The notes beneath the pieces were generated by a model. It was not told the origin of the DNA. It searched no databases and saw only the letters and a program-made list of their open reading frames with translations. Made by a program: the position numbers and the translations under genes. Positions 1 to 14,750 of a stretch of 64,000 nt of DNA are shown in pieces (position 1 is the stretch's first letter; each line of letters begins with the position of its first letter). This DNA comes from the human T2T-CHM13v2.0 reference genome, Homo sapiens, in the NCBI RefSeq assembly GCF_009914755.1, contig NC_060947.1; one strand, given 5' to 3'.

Positions 1-327
1 AATTTACTTTAATTGCTTAATTAATGGTTATTTGGTGAAGTTTACTGAACATTCTGTTGAAGGAAAGGTTTTGACTCTTTCTGTCAAATAGCATTAAAGA
101 TGCCAATGAACAGGGAGCTGCTTGGAAAAGATTTGAGCAAACTCTAATGCAAAGGAGGAGTAACCCATAAGATATTCACCCAAAGTTATAATTATGAGTG
201 TCTATCTAAAATTATTATTAATATCTATTATAGAATTTTCATATTTGCAAATGTCTTAATAATTCATTTGTATTGGTTATTCCACATGTCTATCCAACCA
301 ACACCTTCAGTGACTATTCTCATTTTA

Positions 328-660
<333 letters not shown>

Positions 661-874
661 AAAATAGCCAGACTTTCTTCGACCATTTATTAGTGGGCAA
701 TCATTAACAAGTATGGATCAGAATCAAAAGAATTGAAATAGTTATTTATATCATTAGAATTGGTATATCACAGCACTTGTCATTCCATCAAGTAATATTT
801 GACAGGATTCTTGGTACCCCAAGAATATGATAGTGAAAGGCAAAAGATTTGTAAAATCTGAAGAGAAACGAGTG

Positions 875-1016
875 TATTGCTTGAGGTGATGGATACTCCA
901 CTTACCTGGATGTGATTACTATGCATTGCATGCCTGTATCTGAACATCTCATGTACTCCATAAATACGTACACCTACAATGTACCCACAAAAATTAAAAA
1001 TTAAAAATTTTTAAAA
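875..1016 (+). mobile_element. L1 3' UTR terminal fragment (L1MA1-4/L1PB-like)
   Basis: gcttgaggtgatggatac...catctcatgtactccataaat...gtacccacaaaaattaaaaa matches recalled L1MA 3' end. Confidence 0.8.
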
Positions 1017-1766
1017 AGAATGTGACAATGGACAAGATAAATCAATCAAGCCTCTATACAAACCAATGACACATGAGAATACTTAGAGACCCTGTGATTT
1101 TAAAATAATTGATGACAGCTTCATTCATTGTTACCTTCAGCTGAAGTCATTGGTATTGATAGAGTCTATTCTCAACTTTACCAAGAAGGAGCAGTTATTT
1201 TAAACTATATCCTTCAAGAAATATACTTTATATTTGCTTTTCTTAGTCCAAATGCTTTTCTTAGTATTTGAGGGCATTATAAAATAGTTATTTTTGCTAA
1301 GTTGAATAACTGTTTGTTAACATGAGTTGTATTATTAATTGTTACTGACTATTGCCAAGAATATTTTATTGATTTTTAAAACTGTCTAGTACAAAGGTAA
1401 TTATCTTAGAAAGGTAATTGAAAAAAACAATTTCAATAATGCAATTCCAGGTTATACCTATGTCTTAGTGACAGACACCATAATACAGTAGAAAGAAAAA
1501 TAGATGAACAAAAATAAACCTATAAATGAATTGTGTAGTTATTTAAGAATAACCTTGAGTCAGATATTCCTTTACTTCCAAGTGGTCTTATCTCCATCCC
1601 CTTTTCTTTGTCTTATAAGTCAGTATGAAAATATTTACCTGCTCCCTGGGTTGGAGCTTCCTTCCTATTTTCTAAAAATAAATTTCCTTCAACCAATTTC
1701 TATGTCTGCAAATCAGCCCTTATAGAACTGTAAACAATAAACGATTTTTTTAAGATTGGATGTTTT

Positions 1767-2845
<1,079 letters not shown>

Positions 2846-4552
2846 AAGATTGGATGTTTTAATTACTTCAAAATATAACTTCTCTTGAAATTGTATGTTC
2901 ATTTCAGCACCTGGTATATCCAGGTTGCTAACAACAGAAACTAAACAATCAGAAATAACCATGCTGAGGATATTTGCCTTGTTATATTTTTTCTCTTCCT
3001 CAGTTTTTATAAACAGGAATGAAAAATCTACTGTCCAAAGTGACTGGGAAAAGGGCTAACAACAATATAAAGGTAACAGTATTACACTGAATATTTTCTG
3101 GCTGCTCTTAAGGAAAATGAATCCCATTGACAATTTAGCACTATAAACAGAAGCTTCAGCAACAAAACAGTTCATCATCATAATCACCAAAAATCACATT
3201 CAAATAACCAGTATGGTCACCTTTTCACAACAAACTGGATAGACACGATAGTTGCCTACAATGGTGCTATTTTCCTACCACATAAAGCATCAGATACAGT
3301 GCCTACTACATTATAGTTACTGAATAAGTGTTTGTTCTTTCTCTGCATACTAGCATACCTCTAAGAACTTCCGGTGGTTGGCCACACTTCTTGCCTTGGC
3401 ATGTTTTGATCAAGAGAATACACGTTGGTCATGATCAGGGGAGAGAAAATGGAAAGCATGGTGTGGTAGCTAATCATGGTATATGAGTAGAAAGTATGAT
3501 CTCTGTAAGCAGACCACTAGACTTGTGGAGGGCTAGTTGGGCAACTGAAAAGGGAACATGAAAGAGAAAGAAGTTGCAGAGGACAAAGAAGAAATTATGA
3601 CACCATATCAAGTATTAGTACATCTAAGGAAGGTCAAGGGCTAGGGGAAGGGCACATTCCTCAGTCACATTTCCTGGTCTCATAATATACTGAATAATAA
3701 TTTATACTAACTAAATAATCCCTGACACTGATATTCTAAAGCATCTGCCACATGCCATCATCTTCTTCACAAAACATGCAGAAGAGGTTTCCTCTGAATA
3801 AGCCTCCATGTTTTGTTATGAGACACTGCAATCTTGCCACACGGATTGAACAGGTTACATACCTGACCCAGAGGCAGCTGGACTTGAGGGGAGATCAGCA
3901 GCTTATGGTAAAGAGACAAGGGAGCTTGGCCCATCCAGGTAGTTTTGTGTTGGATGATAGTACCATCTCAAGTATGAAGACAGGCTCATCCTTGAGATGA
4001 AGCCATTATATCACCTGGAGATTTGAAACTCCAAACACCACGGAAAAGGTCAAGAGATAGTAGAGTACAGACAGAAGCTGAAAGATGTGTCAAGAAAAGG
4101 CAGGAAGGAGAATTCACACGGCAGGGGAAAGCGATGAAGTTGAGAGCTGAGAGCATTTGGCAGCAATAGAAACAGACAGAATTATGGTAGGAAGAAGTAA
4201 AAGCAGAAGGCAGAACCCAAATCATGAGAATTATTTACTACTAGAGCTGCTTTTGGTGCAAGAGGGTTATATAGTATCCTAAATATGGTCTTTTTGGCCA
4301 TCTGTAAGGATGAATTGCCCGAGTACTGAAATAGTTTCTTCTGCTTCCTTACTTTCTGACATATCTTTATAACAGCCACATTGCCTGAGGAAAACTGAGT
4401 TGCTGCTGTTCCTTGCAATGTGAAGTTACCAACAAACACACCTAGACACAGGTCAGTAACCACCTAGTCATTGTTTATAGCCTCCTTATCACTGTGCACG
4501 TGCTATCTGTCAGAGAAGGAAGGACAGACACCACAATTCAAGTCAAGAGACC

Positions 4553-5683
4553 CAAGTTAGGTTGCTTTTGGCCACAAGTAACAGAAAACCCTGAATAAAA
4601 CAGAACTTTAAAATAAAGTGTTTTCTATTTCTCCACATCCGTTCAACCATTGTGGAAGTCGGTGTGGCGATTCCTCAGGGATCTAGAACTAGAAATACCA
4701 TTTGACCCAGCCATCCCATTACTGGGTATATACCCAAAGGATTATAAATCATGCTGCTATAAAGACACATGCACATGTATGTTTATTGCGGCACTATTCA
4801 CAATAGCAAAGACTTGGAACTAACCCAAATGTCCAACAATGATAAACTGGATTAAGAAAATGTGGCACATATACACCATGGAATACTATGCAGCCATTAA
4901 AAAGGAAGAGTTCATGTCCTTTGTAGGGACATGGATGAAGCTGGAAACCATCATTCTCAGCAAACTAGCGCAAGGACAAAAAACCAAACACCGCATGTTC
5001 TCACTCGTAGGTGGGAATTGAACAATGAGAACACATGGACACAGGAAGGGGAACATCACACACCAGGGACTGTTGTGGGGTGGGGGGAGGGGGGAGGGAT
5101 AGCATTAGGAGATATACCTAATGCTAAATGACAAGTTAATGGGTGCAGCACACTAACATGGCACATGTATACATATGTAACAAACCTGCATGTTGTGCAC
5201 ATGTACCCTAAAACTTTAAGTATAATAATAATAATAACAATAAATAAATAAATAAAATAAAATACAGTGTTTTAAATCTCACATACTGAGAAGTCCATAG
5301 GTAGGCCAGGCACTGGTTTGGTATGTCAAGGCTTTGTCTCTCCTTTTCTGTGTTTCCCTGGTCTCTGTCCTTCTCTGTCAGTAGACCTTCCCTTCAGGCT
5401 TGTAGCATGATGCTGGCAACAGTTCTGAGGAAAATGAAGAAACATTTCCCAGAAACCTTTCTGGAGTTGGGTCATGTACTTGTGCCTAAACCAATCAATC
5501 TTTGGCAAGGAGAACAGGACTACCAGGACCTCTCTTACATCAGTTAGGACCCATCCCCTATGGTCTGAAATGGGGTCAGCCCCATCAAGAAGAATTGATA
5601 CCTGGACAAAATCTGGGCTCTGTTAGAAAGTGGAAGGATAGTAGGGAGCACATATTCGGTGAGCCATCACAGTATCTGTTCCA
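4553..5683 (-). mobile_element. Old MaLR LTR (MLT1J/K/L-like), interrupted by the L1PA insertion at 4625-5258
   Basis: ttaggttgcttttggccacaagtaacagaaaacc start, resuming after the L1 with ctcacatactgagaagtcc...gggtcatgtacttgtgcctaaaccaatca; typical reverse-strand MLT1 motifs. Confidence 0.6.
4625..5258 (+). mobile_element. 5'-truncated L1PA3/4-like element with a 16-nt 5' inversion
   Basis: ORF2 C-terminus (INWIKKMWHIYTMEYYAAIKK), young L1PA 3' UTR (gatatacctaatgctaaatgac), A-rich tail, TSD aaaataaagtgtttt (4610-4624) / aaaatacagtgtttt (5259-5273). Confidence 0.93.
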
Positions 5684-5688
5684 AGAGC

Positions 5689-6100
5689 TGATGCAATTTG
5701 GATACTTGTCCCCTCCATATCTCACACTGAAATGTGATCCCCAATGTTGGAGGTGGGGGCAGGTGGGAGTTGTTTGGGTTATGGAGGTGGATCCCCCATG
5801 AATGTCTTAGTGCTATCCTCATGATAATGAGTGAGTTCTAGCTCTATTAGTTCCCAGGAGATCACATTGTTAAAAAGATCCTGGCACCTCCCCTCTCTCC
5901 TCCTCCTCTTTCGCCATGTGATGCCTGCTCACCTTCGCCTTCTGTCATGGGTGGAAGCTTCATGAAGCCTTCACCAGAAGCAGATGTTGGTGCCATACTT
6001 CGTGTATATCCTGCAGAACCCTAAGATAAATAAATTCTTTTCTTTATAAATTACCCAGCCTCAGGTATTCCTTTACAGCAATGGAATTAGACATGAACTA
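5689..6100 (+). mobile_element. MaLR solo LTR, MSTB-like
   Basis: tgatgcaatttggatacttgtcccctcc...ccccaatgttggaggtgggg...ataaattacccagcctcaggtattcctttacagcaa. Confidence 0.85.
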
Positions 6101-7486
6101 CATCACACCATACTTGAAAGCAAGAAGAAGATCAGTGGATATATTTTGTGAGTTTCTGAAGCACATAGCATTATCCCCTATTTTATTTCTACCTGTAACA
6201 ACAAAGTTTCTGACAACAAAGTGTGTAATTAGAACACTTCTTCCTTGTTATTATGTTGGCAGTTTTCAAATCACAGTATATCAATTTCCAATGATCCAGC
6301 CACTGTTCCCATATTATCAACTTAAGGCATTTAAAGCTAATAACCCACTAACTAAATTATTAATCAATTATCAATTCAGTGCCTATATGCCAGTCACCAT
6401 GTTAGGTGCTAAAGATAGAGAAGTAAACAAGGTACATTTCTTTTCCTCATACGTCTCAATCTGCTTGCAGAGGGGCCCATATCTTCACTCTCCTTGCTAG
6501 ACAATATGAAAGAGGCTGATCCACCATGGCATCCCCAGAACCTAATGCATGGTTGATATACATTGATTGTTGAAAGGATGAGAAATACAAAGAAATAATA
6601 AGGTGAGTGGTGAGAATAAGGGACCAAGAGACTTCTGTTACTATAAAGTAATAAGACTGGTTTTATTGTGTTTTGTGTTGCTCATAAACTATCTCCAAAA
6701 GCAGTTTAATAGAGGTTTAAAAAACATTTGAACTATGGCAATATTATTTAAGTGATTATCTTGTCCCAGTGTGATTACTTTTAAGGAAAATACTCATTTA
6801 AATATAGAAGTTATGGCACATTTGTCACAAAAGAAGTATTGTTACATGATTGTACTCAAACCTTAAGATTGCTTCTAAAAAGAAAAACTAGTATCCTAGT
6901 GACAGTTGCAATCTACCACTAAATGACCACATGCAGAACTTGTACATAAGATGGAAAGGGTTTTTTTCTGTGGATTTGGGATCAAGTTCAGCCCTGTGTA
7001 ACTTTAAGTATGGCCAAGCCAAGGCTTTGAGGTTTTCTGACAGTGAGAAGCAGGAACATGGTAAGGTATCAAAGGATGAAAATTTCAGTGCAAATCAAGG
7101 TTTGTTCATAAGGTCTGCCCTTGCATAACATCAGGATGTGAATGAAACGGCTAGTACTGATGAGATGGGAGCTCAACTTAGCCTTTCTGTTTGAAGGCAG
7201 CAGAGGAGAAAAGAAATTATTTGCTACATGGCAATTTGCATTAGCAAAAAAGCAGCGGCTTCTATGATTGTCTCCTAAGAAATTATCAAATGTCCCTAGG
7301 TAACCCCCAAAACACTTCTTTAAAAATGCCTATGAAAATCTCCCCTAGGCAGAATATCTGAATGAATCTATTCTAATGAAGATATTACTTCCAATTCTGA
7401 TTTATTTTGTCATCAAAATAAAGTGGAAATTATAAAGAGTAAGCTGAGAACTATAATTGTATTACTAAACACAATTTTCTATATTA

Positions 7487-9000
7487 TTCTTTTTTATTTT
7501 TCCATAAGTTATTGGAGTACAGGTGGTATTTGGTTACATGAGTAAGTTCTTTAGTGGTGATTTGTGAGATTTTGGTGCACCCATCACCTGAGTAGTATAC
7601 AGTGAACCCTATTTGTAGTCTTTTATCCCTCGTCCCCCTCCCATCCTTTCCATCAAGTCCCCAAAGTCCATTGTATCATTCCTATGCCTTTGTGCCCTCA
7701 TAGCTTAGCTCCCACATATCAGTGAGAACATACAATGTTTGATTTTCCATTCCTGAGTTCCTACACTTAGAATAGTCTCCAATCTCATCCAGGTTGCTGT
7801 GAATACCGTTAATTCATTCCTTTTTATGGCTGAGTAGTATTCCATCAGGTATATATACCGTAGTTTCTTTATCCACTCATTGATTGATGGGCATGTGGGT
7901 TGGTTCCACGTTTTTGCAACTGCGAATTGAGCTGCTATAAACATACGTGTGCAAGTATATTTTTCGTATAACAATTTCTTTTCCTCTGGGTAGATACCCA
8001 GTAGTGGGATTGCTGGATCAAATAGTAGTTCTACTTTTAGTTCTTTAAGGAATCTCCACATTGTTTTCCATAGTGGTTGTACTAGTTTACATTCCCACCA
8101 GCAGCGTAGAAGTGTTCCCTAATCACCACATCCATGCCAACATCTACTGCTTTTTGATTTTTTGATTATGGTCATTCTTGCAGGAGTAAGGTGGCATTGC
8201 GTTGTAGTTTTGATTTGCATTTCCCCGATCATTGGTGATGTTGAGCATTTTTTAATATGTTTGTTCGCCATTTGTATATCTTCTTTTGAGAATTGTCTAC
8301 TCATGTCCTTAGCCCACTTTTTGATGGGATTGTTTGGGTTTTTTTACTGATTTGTTTGAGTTTGTTGTAGATTCTGGATATTAGTCCTTGGTCAGATGTA
8401 TAGATTGTGAAGATTTCCTCCCTCTTTGTGGGTTGTCCATTTACTCTGCTGACTGTTCCTTTTCCCGTGCAAAAGCTCTTTAGTTTCATTAAGTCACAAC
8501 TGTTTATCTTCGTTTTCATTGCATTTGCTTTTGAGTTCTTGGTAATAAAATCCTTACCTAAGCCCATGTCTAGAAGGTTTTTCCAGTGTTATCTCCTAGA
8601 ATTTTTATCGTTTCAGGTCTTAGATTTAAGTTCTTATCCATTTGAATTGATTTTTGCGTAAGGTGAGAGATGAGGACCCAGTTTTATTCTCCTACATGTG
8701 GCTAGCCAATTTTCCCAGCACCATTTGTTGAAAAGGGTGTCCTTTCCCCACTTTATGGTTTTGCTTACTTTGTCAAAGATCAGTTGGCTGTAAGTATTTG
8801 GATTTATTTCTGGGTTCTCTATTCTGTTCCATTGGTCTATGTGCCTATTTTTATACCAGGTTACCATGCTGTTTTAGTGACTATGGCCTTATAGTACAGA
8901 TTGAAATCAGGTAGTGTAATGCCTCCAGATTTGTTCTTTTTGCCTAGTCTTGCTTTGGCTATGCAGGCTCTTTTTGGGTTCCATATGAATTTTAAAATTG
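7487..9000 (-). mobile_element. L1PB-like 3' fragment (ORF2 end plus 3' UTR)
   Basis: Minus ORFs 7705-8061, 8119-8304, 8301-8567 and 8634-8867 are consecutive broken pieces of L1 ORF2p ([35 protein letters not shown]); L1PB-type 3' UTR. Confidence 0.92.
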
Positions 9001-9916
9001 TTGATTAATCAATTTACATGCACTTTTTTAAAAAGTCTTTATAATATACAAGTTTATAATTTTAGTTAACGAAGTATGGTGTCTATGGTAATTTCCAAAA
9101 AGAGTGGGAACAGATTCTTGGTTAGGAAGGCCACATTATTTGATTGGAAACGTCAGTTTTAACTTAAATATTTTCGCTTACAGCATCATTTCTAGAATAA
9201 AATCTAACATATGCCCGGCAGTTTCTGTTTCATGTTTTGAAGTTAAAAATAAGTCTTTTAATATCTAAAACTTATGTAGTCATGCACTGCATAATGATGT
9301 TTTGTCAACATTGAATAATCTTATGGGACACTGGTCCCGTAAGATCATAATGGAGCTGGAAAATTCCTATCACCTGGTGACATTGTAGCTGTCCTAATGT
9401 CAAAGAGCAATGCATTACTCACATGTTTATGGTAGTGCTGGTGTAAACAAACCTAATGTACTGTCAGGCACATATAAGTGTGGCACATACAATTATGTAT
9501 AGTACATAATACTTGATAACGATAAACAACTATGTTACTGGTTTATGTATTTACTATACTATACTTTTATCATTATTTTAGAGTGAATTCCTTTGACTTA
9601 TTAAAATAAAAAGTTAACTGTAAAACAGCCACAGATCCTTCAGGAGGTATTTCAGAAGAAGGCATTGTTATCATAGGAGATATGATATTGCCCATGAAGA
9701 CCTTCCAGTGGGACATGACATGGAGGGAAGACAGTGATATTGGTGATCCTGACCCTGTGCAGGCCTCGGCTACTGTGTTTGTGTCTTCATTTTTAACAAA
9801 GAGTTTTAAAAGTTTAAAAAAATTAAAATATTAAAAATAGGAAAAAAGCTGTTGGAATAAGGATATAAAGAAAGGTTTTTTTGTAAAGGTGTATGATGTA
9901 TTTGTGTTTTAGGCTA

Positions 9917-10271
<355 letters not shown>

Positions 10272-10372
10272 TTAAAGGTTATAAAGTAAAATAGCTGCAG
10301 TAAGCTGAGGTTAATTTATTATTGAAGAAAGAAAAATTTTTTGGAAATTTAGTGTATAGCCTAAGCATTTAT

Positions 10373-10492
10373 AAAGTCTACGGTAGTGTACTGTAATGTC
10401 CTAAAGTCTACGGTAGTGTACAGTAATGTCCTAAAGTCTACGGTAGTGTACGGTAATGTCCTAAAGTCTACGGTAGTGTACGGTAATGTCCT
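10373..10492 (+). repeat. Minisatellite, 30-bp unit x4
   Basis: aaagtctacggtagtgtacNgtaatgtcct four times in tandem; units differ at one position (t/a/g/g). Confidence 0.97.
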
Positions 10493-11364
10493 GATGTCAT
10501 CACATTCACTCACCACTCACTCACTGACTCACTCAGAGCAACTTCCAGTCCTGCAAGCTCCATTCTTGGTAAGTACCCTATACAGATGTACCATTTTTTA
10601 TCTTTTACACAATATTTTTACTATACTTTTTCTATGTTTATATATACAAATCCTATTATCTTACAATTGTCTTCATTGTTCAGTATAGTAACATGCTGTA
10701 CAGGTTTGCAGCCTAGGAGCAATAAACTACACCTATATCTAGGTATAGATATACACACTATACAACTATGCACACTAGGCTATATCTAGCCTAAGTGTGT
10801 AGTAGACTATACCATCTAAGTTTGTGTAAGTACACTGTTTGCACCACAACAAAATCACCTAACAATGCACTTCTCAGGGCATACATAACTCCATCATTAA
10901 ATGACACATGGTCAAAAGCAAGAAAATAAATTTCTCTGAAAAAACTTGTTCTTATAACCAAATTGATTTAGTTGTATATTTTATACCTCTTCCTCTTCTG
11001 TCACCCTCTCCTTCCTCATTGTCATGCTATCTCTTCTCCACATCCCCACTTCTACCTCACTTAACAAGATATAAAACATCCCTGACCAATATGCTCTTTG
11101 GCATCACTGCCTGATTTATTATATCTTTTCTCCTTCTTCACTAACCCAACTGATTGAAGCCCCCTCTATTTAACAGTAGATAGCTCTATTTGATTGCAGT
11201 CCTCTCCATTAATGAGAAGGCATAGCATTCCCTAAATTATTTCTACCTTAATGAAAAAAAGGCTGAAGCATTTTGGCCCTAACTTTGAAAGTGAAAAGAG
11301 CTTCTGGAGTCTGGAATCAATGCCTTTCCGAGTGCCTCTTCCTTCCTTTTTGTCCTTCCTTTTC

Positions 11365-11775
11365 CTCACTCATACATTCAACAATTTTTTCATTGTTAAA
11401 TATGCCAGGGGACTATTCAAGGCACCAGGACTACAACAATGAACATGACAGACAAAAATTCCTGCCTTCATGGAACTTACATTCTAGTTGGGGATACAAG
11501 CAATAACCAAGTTTAGAAAAAATAAAATATTTTATATTTTACATAGTAATGCATGCTAAAAAGAAAAAATAAAGCAGGGAAGGAGATATGAAGTGTGTGT
11601 GTGTGTGTGTGTGTGTGTCTGTTTGTGTGGGGGAGGGCGGGGGGGGCAGGTTGAAATTTCAAATAGGATGGTATACAAGGCCTCAATGTAAAGGTGACAT
11701 GTGAAGAAACATCTGATGGAGGTGAGGAGAAAGTCAAGCAATTATTTTGGGAAGAGATTTCCAGAAAGAGGCAAG
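11365..11775 (-). mobile_element. L2 (L2a-like) 3' fragment
   Basis: tatgccagg...aatgaacatgacagacaaaaattcctgccttcatggaacttacattctagttgggg typical of reverse L2a. Confidence 0.7.
11593..11618. repeat. (GT)n microsatellite
   Basis: about 13 GT units, followed by a G-rich run. Confidence 0.95.
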
Positions 11776-14439
11776 ATCTAGTTAGGATACTTTTCTAAAG
11801 ATAATTCCTTGCTCCACGGAAATTTGAGGGTTGTGACTGAGATAAACAGAAGTATTTATCCAGCAAGTAGTAAGATACTCCCCATCACCTGCAGTAACCT
11901 AGGCCTGTCCCAACTCCTCCCAGAGAAATCATAACTCCTTAAAGTCTGCATTAAAGGGAGTTGTCCTTGCCCCCAAAGACACTCATAGAGATAAGTACCA
12001 AGACCCTCTCTCTGTCATTCCATATTAGATCATTGTTTTCAGGTAGCATTTTTCAGCATGCAATTTACGCTATCACCTATAGGCTATGTGCTGTAGATAA
12101 CTGTTAATTAGACAAAGACCCTAATCTTCCACTTGTCCAAAGATGGAGTAAGTATCCAGGCCAACAGGCTTGTTTTCTCTGAAAAGTACTAATTAAGTTG
12201 GGCCAGAAAGCTTCTCAACATACGAGAGAACCCAGTGACCCCTCAAACACAACTTGACAAAATGTTCAGGGCGTGATTGTAGCTTAGTCATTAACACAAA
12301 CTAATAATAGCACATATACTTACATGTACTTTTTGTTAAAACTGTTGTCAACACACTGAAAAGTGTGTATATAAGAAAAATATCAGGTATCAATTGCAGA
12401 TGAGCCTTGGGGTTAAAAATATGTGTCTAGAGAAGAGTAAAGAAATCAGTGGTTTATAAGTTTCCCTCACTCCCCCATTATTCTTAAAAAAGCTTTGTGA
12501 TAGAAGAGATTTAGCCAATTTGAGGATTTTTTCCCTGAAAAAAATGCCACTTCTAGTTTTTCTTCTGCCAATTAAATTATTAAATTATTATCTTCTGCCA
12601 ATAAATATGTGGGTATAATAATCTGTAACAAAATTTTTTAAATCGTTGATTGGTTTCCCAGCAACCACAGAACTTCCATCTCTAATTATCTCTTGGTAAT
12701 CAAATGTGAAATCACTAGATTAAATGAAGAGGAGAACACATATTTAACTCCAGGGTAAATATAGCAACATACAATCAAATCCCACATAATTAATCTAAGA
12801 GTAGAAAATGAAATCATATACCTTGTCCAAGATCACATAAGAGATTCTGACAAAGCAGAATATACCTAGAAGAGTGAACATGAGGTTCCAGTTAACTGAG
12901 CCAACCATACATTGATAGTCTTTATCCTTACAGTATGACTTTATGTTTTATGTTTCCAGGTAGAGAGACAACAATCTTAACCGAGAAACACTTCTCTAAT
13001 GAGGAGTACTGCACAGGTATAAACTGTATTGCTTCAAACCTATGTCATGGCTCAAAAAAGGTACCATACTGTATGCTCAAAGGCACTGAAATAAAATGAA
13101 AACACAAATATATTCCAAGTCACGTAGTTGCAGAGGGATGAAATGAAACCACTGCTGCACTAGTATGTGGATTAATGTTGTCTTTTGCTGTCAATTCCAG
13201 CAAACACTACATCAAATTTGTAGCTAGGGCTGATTCATGTTATAATGTTCACTCTCAGATCTTTGTCTCCAGAAAGCCTACTCCACAGTTTATGAAGCTG
13301 GATAGACAAGAGTTATGCATAACCTCAGAAAAGCTAAGGGGCATCACATTCACTGGTATGGATCAGTGGTCAAATAGTTAATTATTTTGCTCACAGCAAA
13401 GAAGGAAGATTTTTCCATTTGAAGATTTTTTTACCCTATATACAACAGATTTGGGGAATGTACTGTATACTGTGCATCAGTTGGTTTAAAAAAATTACTG
13501 CAATCAACCTCCTAAAAACAGACATTGCAAAGGCTTATTACATTATTTTTAATACTTCTAAAATTCTATAAGAGAACAGATACAGTTCAGTTAAAAACAA
13601 ACTCAAAATCCTAGGAGTATGAATCATTAAACATGCATACATAATGCCCAGACATCCCCTGAAAACATTGGGATTAAAGAAAAGAGGCTATGGTTTCTAT
13701 AGAGAAATGCAAAAATCAAAAACACTTTTATCTGAAGTACAGGCTACCAGAAGCATAGGCTTAAGGGATCCTAAAGCAGCATAAATCAGCCAGGCAGACT
13801 GAAACCAACTGACCTACCTGTCAGGACCAAAGCAGAAGGCACTGCCGAGATCTATGGGGGAAAGGGGGAAGTGCATGGGGCCAACAGCATGCCACAGTAA
13901 ATGCACTGTCGTCCTGCTGCACTGCAATTGCAGAATGGAGCTCAGGAAGACGGAGAAAGATGTTTGCTGCTCATCCACTTAAATATTAAGAAGTAGCCAA
14001 ATAGTTCTCATCTTAGCCCTATGCTTGGCTACCAAGGAATGCCGTGGTGTATATCAATACCCATGGGTTACATCTCCGAAAATAACCCCAGTTGCTTCTC
14101 ACAGAGGCTGAATAGACCTTTTAGAAACTTTGGGCCCAGCTATAAACCTTAAAAAAGGTAAAAATTTAAACTATATATATTTCCTACAAAGGGTTTATGT
14201 TTCGTTTGGTGGTGGTTCCTGTTGTTTCTAGCAGTAATAACTCGGCTGCAGTAATCCTGCAGCCAAGAAATTTTGCAACCTTCCCACTAGGAGGAGCTAC
14301 AGGAACACAAGGATCAAGATTTGAAATGCTAGGGCTCTGGTTGTCAGGCTATAGTTTATGAGAAAACTATTTTCCAATTTACTTCAAGTAAGCGCTGGTC
14401 AGAACTATTTTAGAGCCCCACAAATGCAATCCAACTAAT

Positions 14440-14750
14440 TTCAACCAATACCGTTTAAGCACCTACTGTGAGCAAGGCTCATTGCTAGATGTAATGAGGG
14501 ACATGAAGATAAGTGACCCACAATACCTGCTCTCAAGTAGCTCATAAATTAGTGGTGGGGAGAGGGGGAAGGAAGGACAGGTGGCTACAACATATTCAGA
14601 ACTACCTGTATTACAGCATGGAGTGTGATAAACTGCACAATGACGAATCTGAAAATAAAGCGACATTGTATTGATAAGGAGGATAAATCATACTTGGGTT
14701 GGGGGAAAAGTAGGAATTAGGAAATAGTCTCATGGACACCCTCAGCACTG
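14440..14750 (-). mobile_element. L2 fragment
   Basis: tttaagcacctactgtgagcaagg...cctgctctcaagtagctcata resembles reverse L2 3' end. Confidence 0.55.

Noticed and set aside
3770-4200. Possible very old LTR-like segment
   Set aside because: Only a short acctgacccagaggcagc resemblance; I cannot assign it without a profile search.
6081-6500. 139-aa ORF (similarly 31776-32222 and 55243-55644)
   Set aside because: The first two run across repeat boundaries; all have AT-rich random composition with no recognisable motif or supporting gene structure.
10373-10492. 30-bp repeats as a CRISPR-like array or repeat-protein CDS
   Set aside because: No spacers, eukaryotic context, and the unit derives from Tigger3 sequence.
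12818-12870. Minus-strand ag...gtatat exon-like segment
   Set aside because: Core tgtgatcttggacaag looks like a MIR remnant and the donor is weak.
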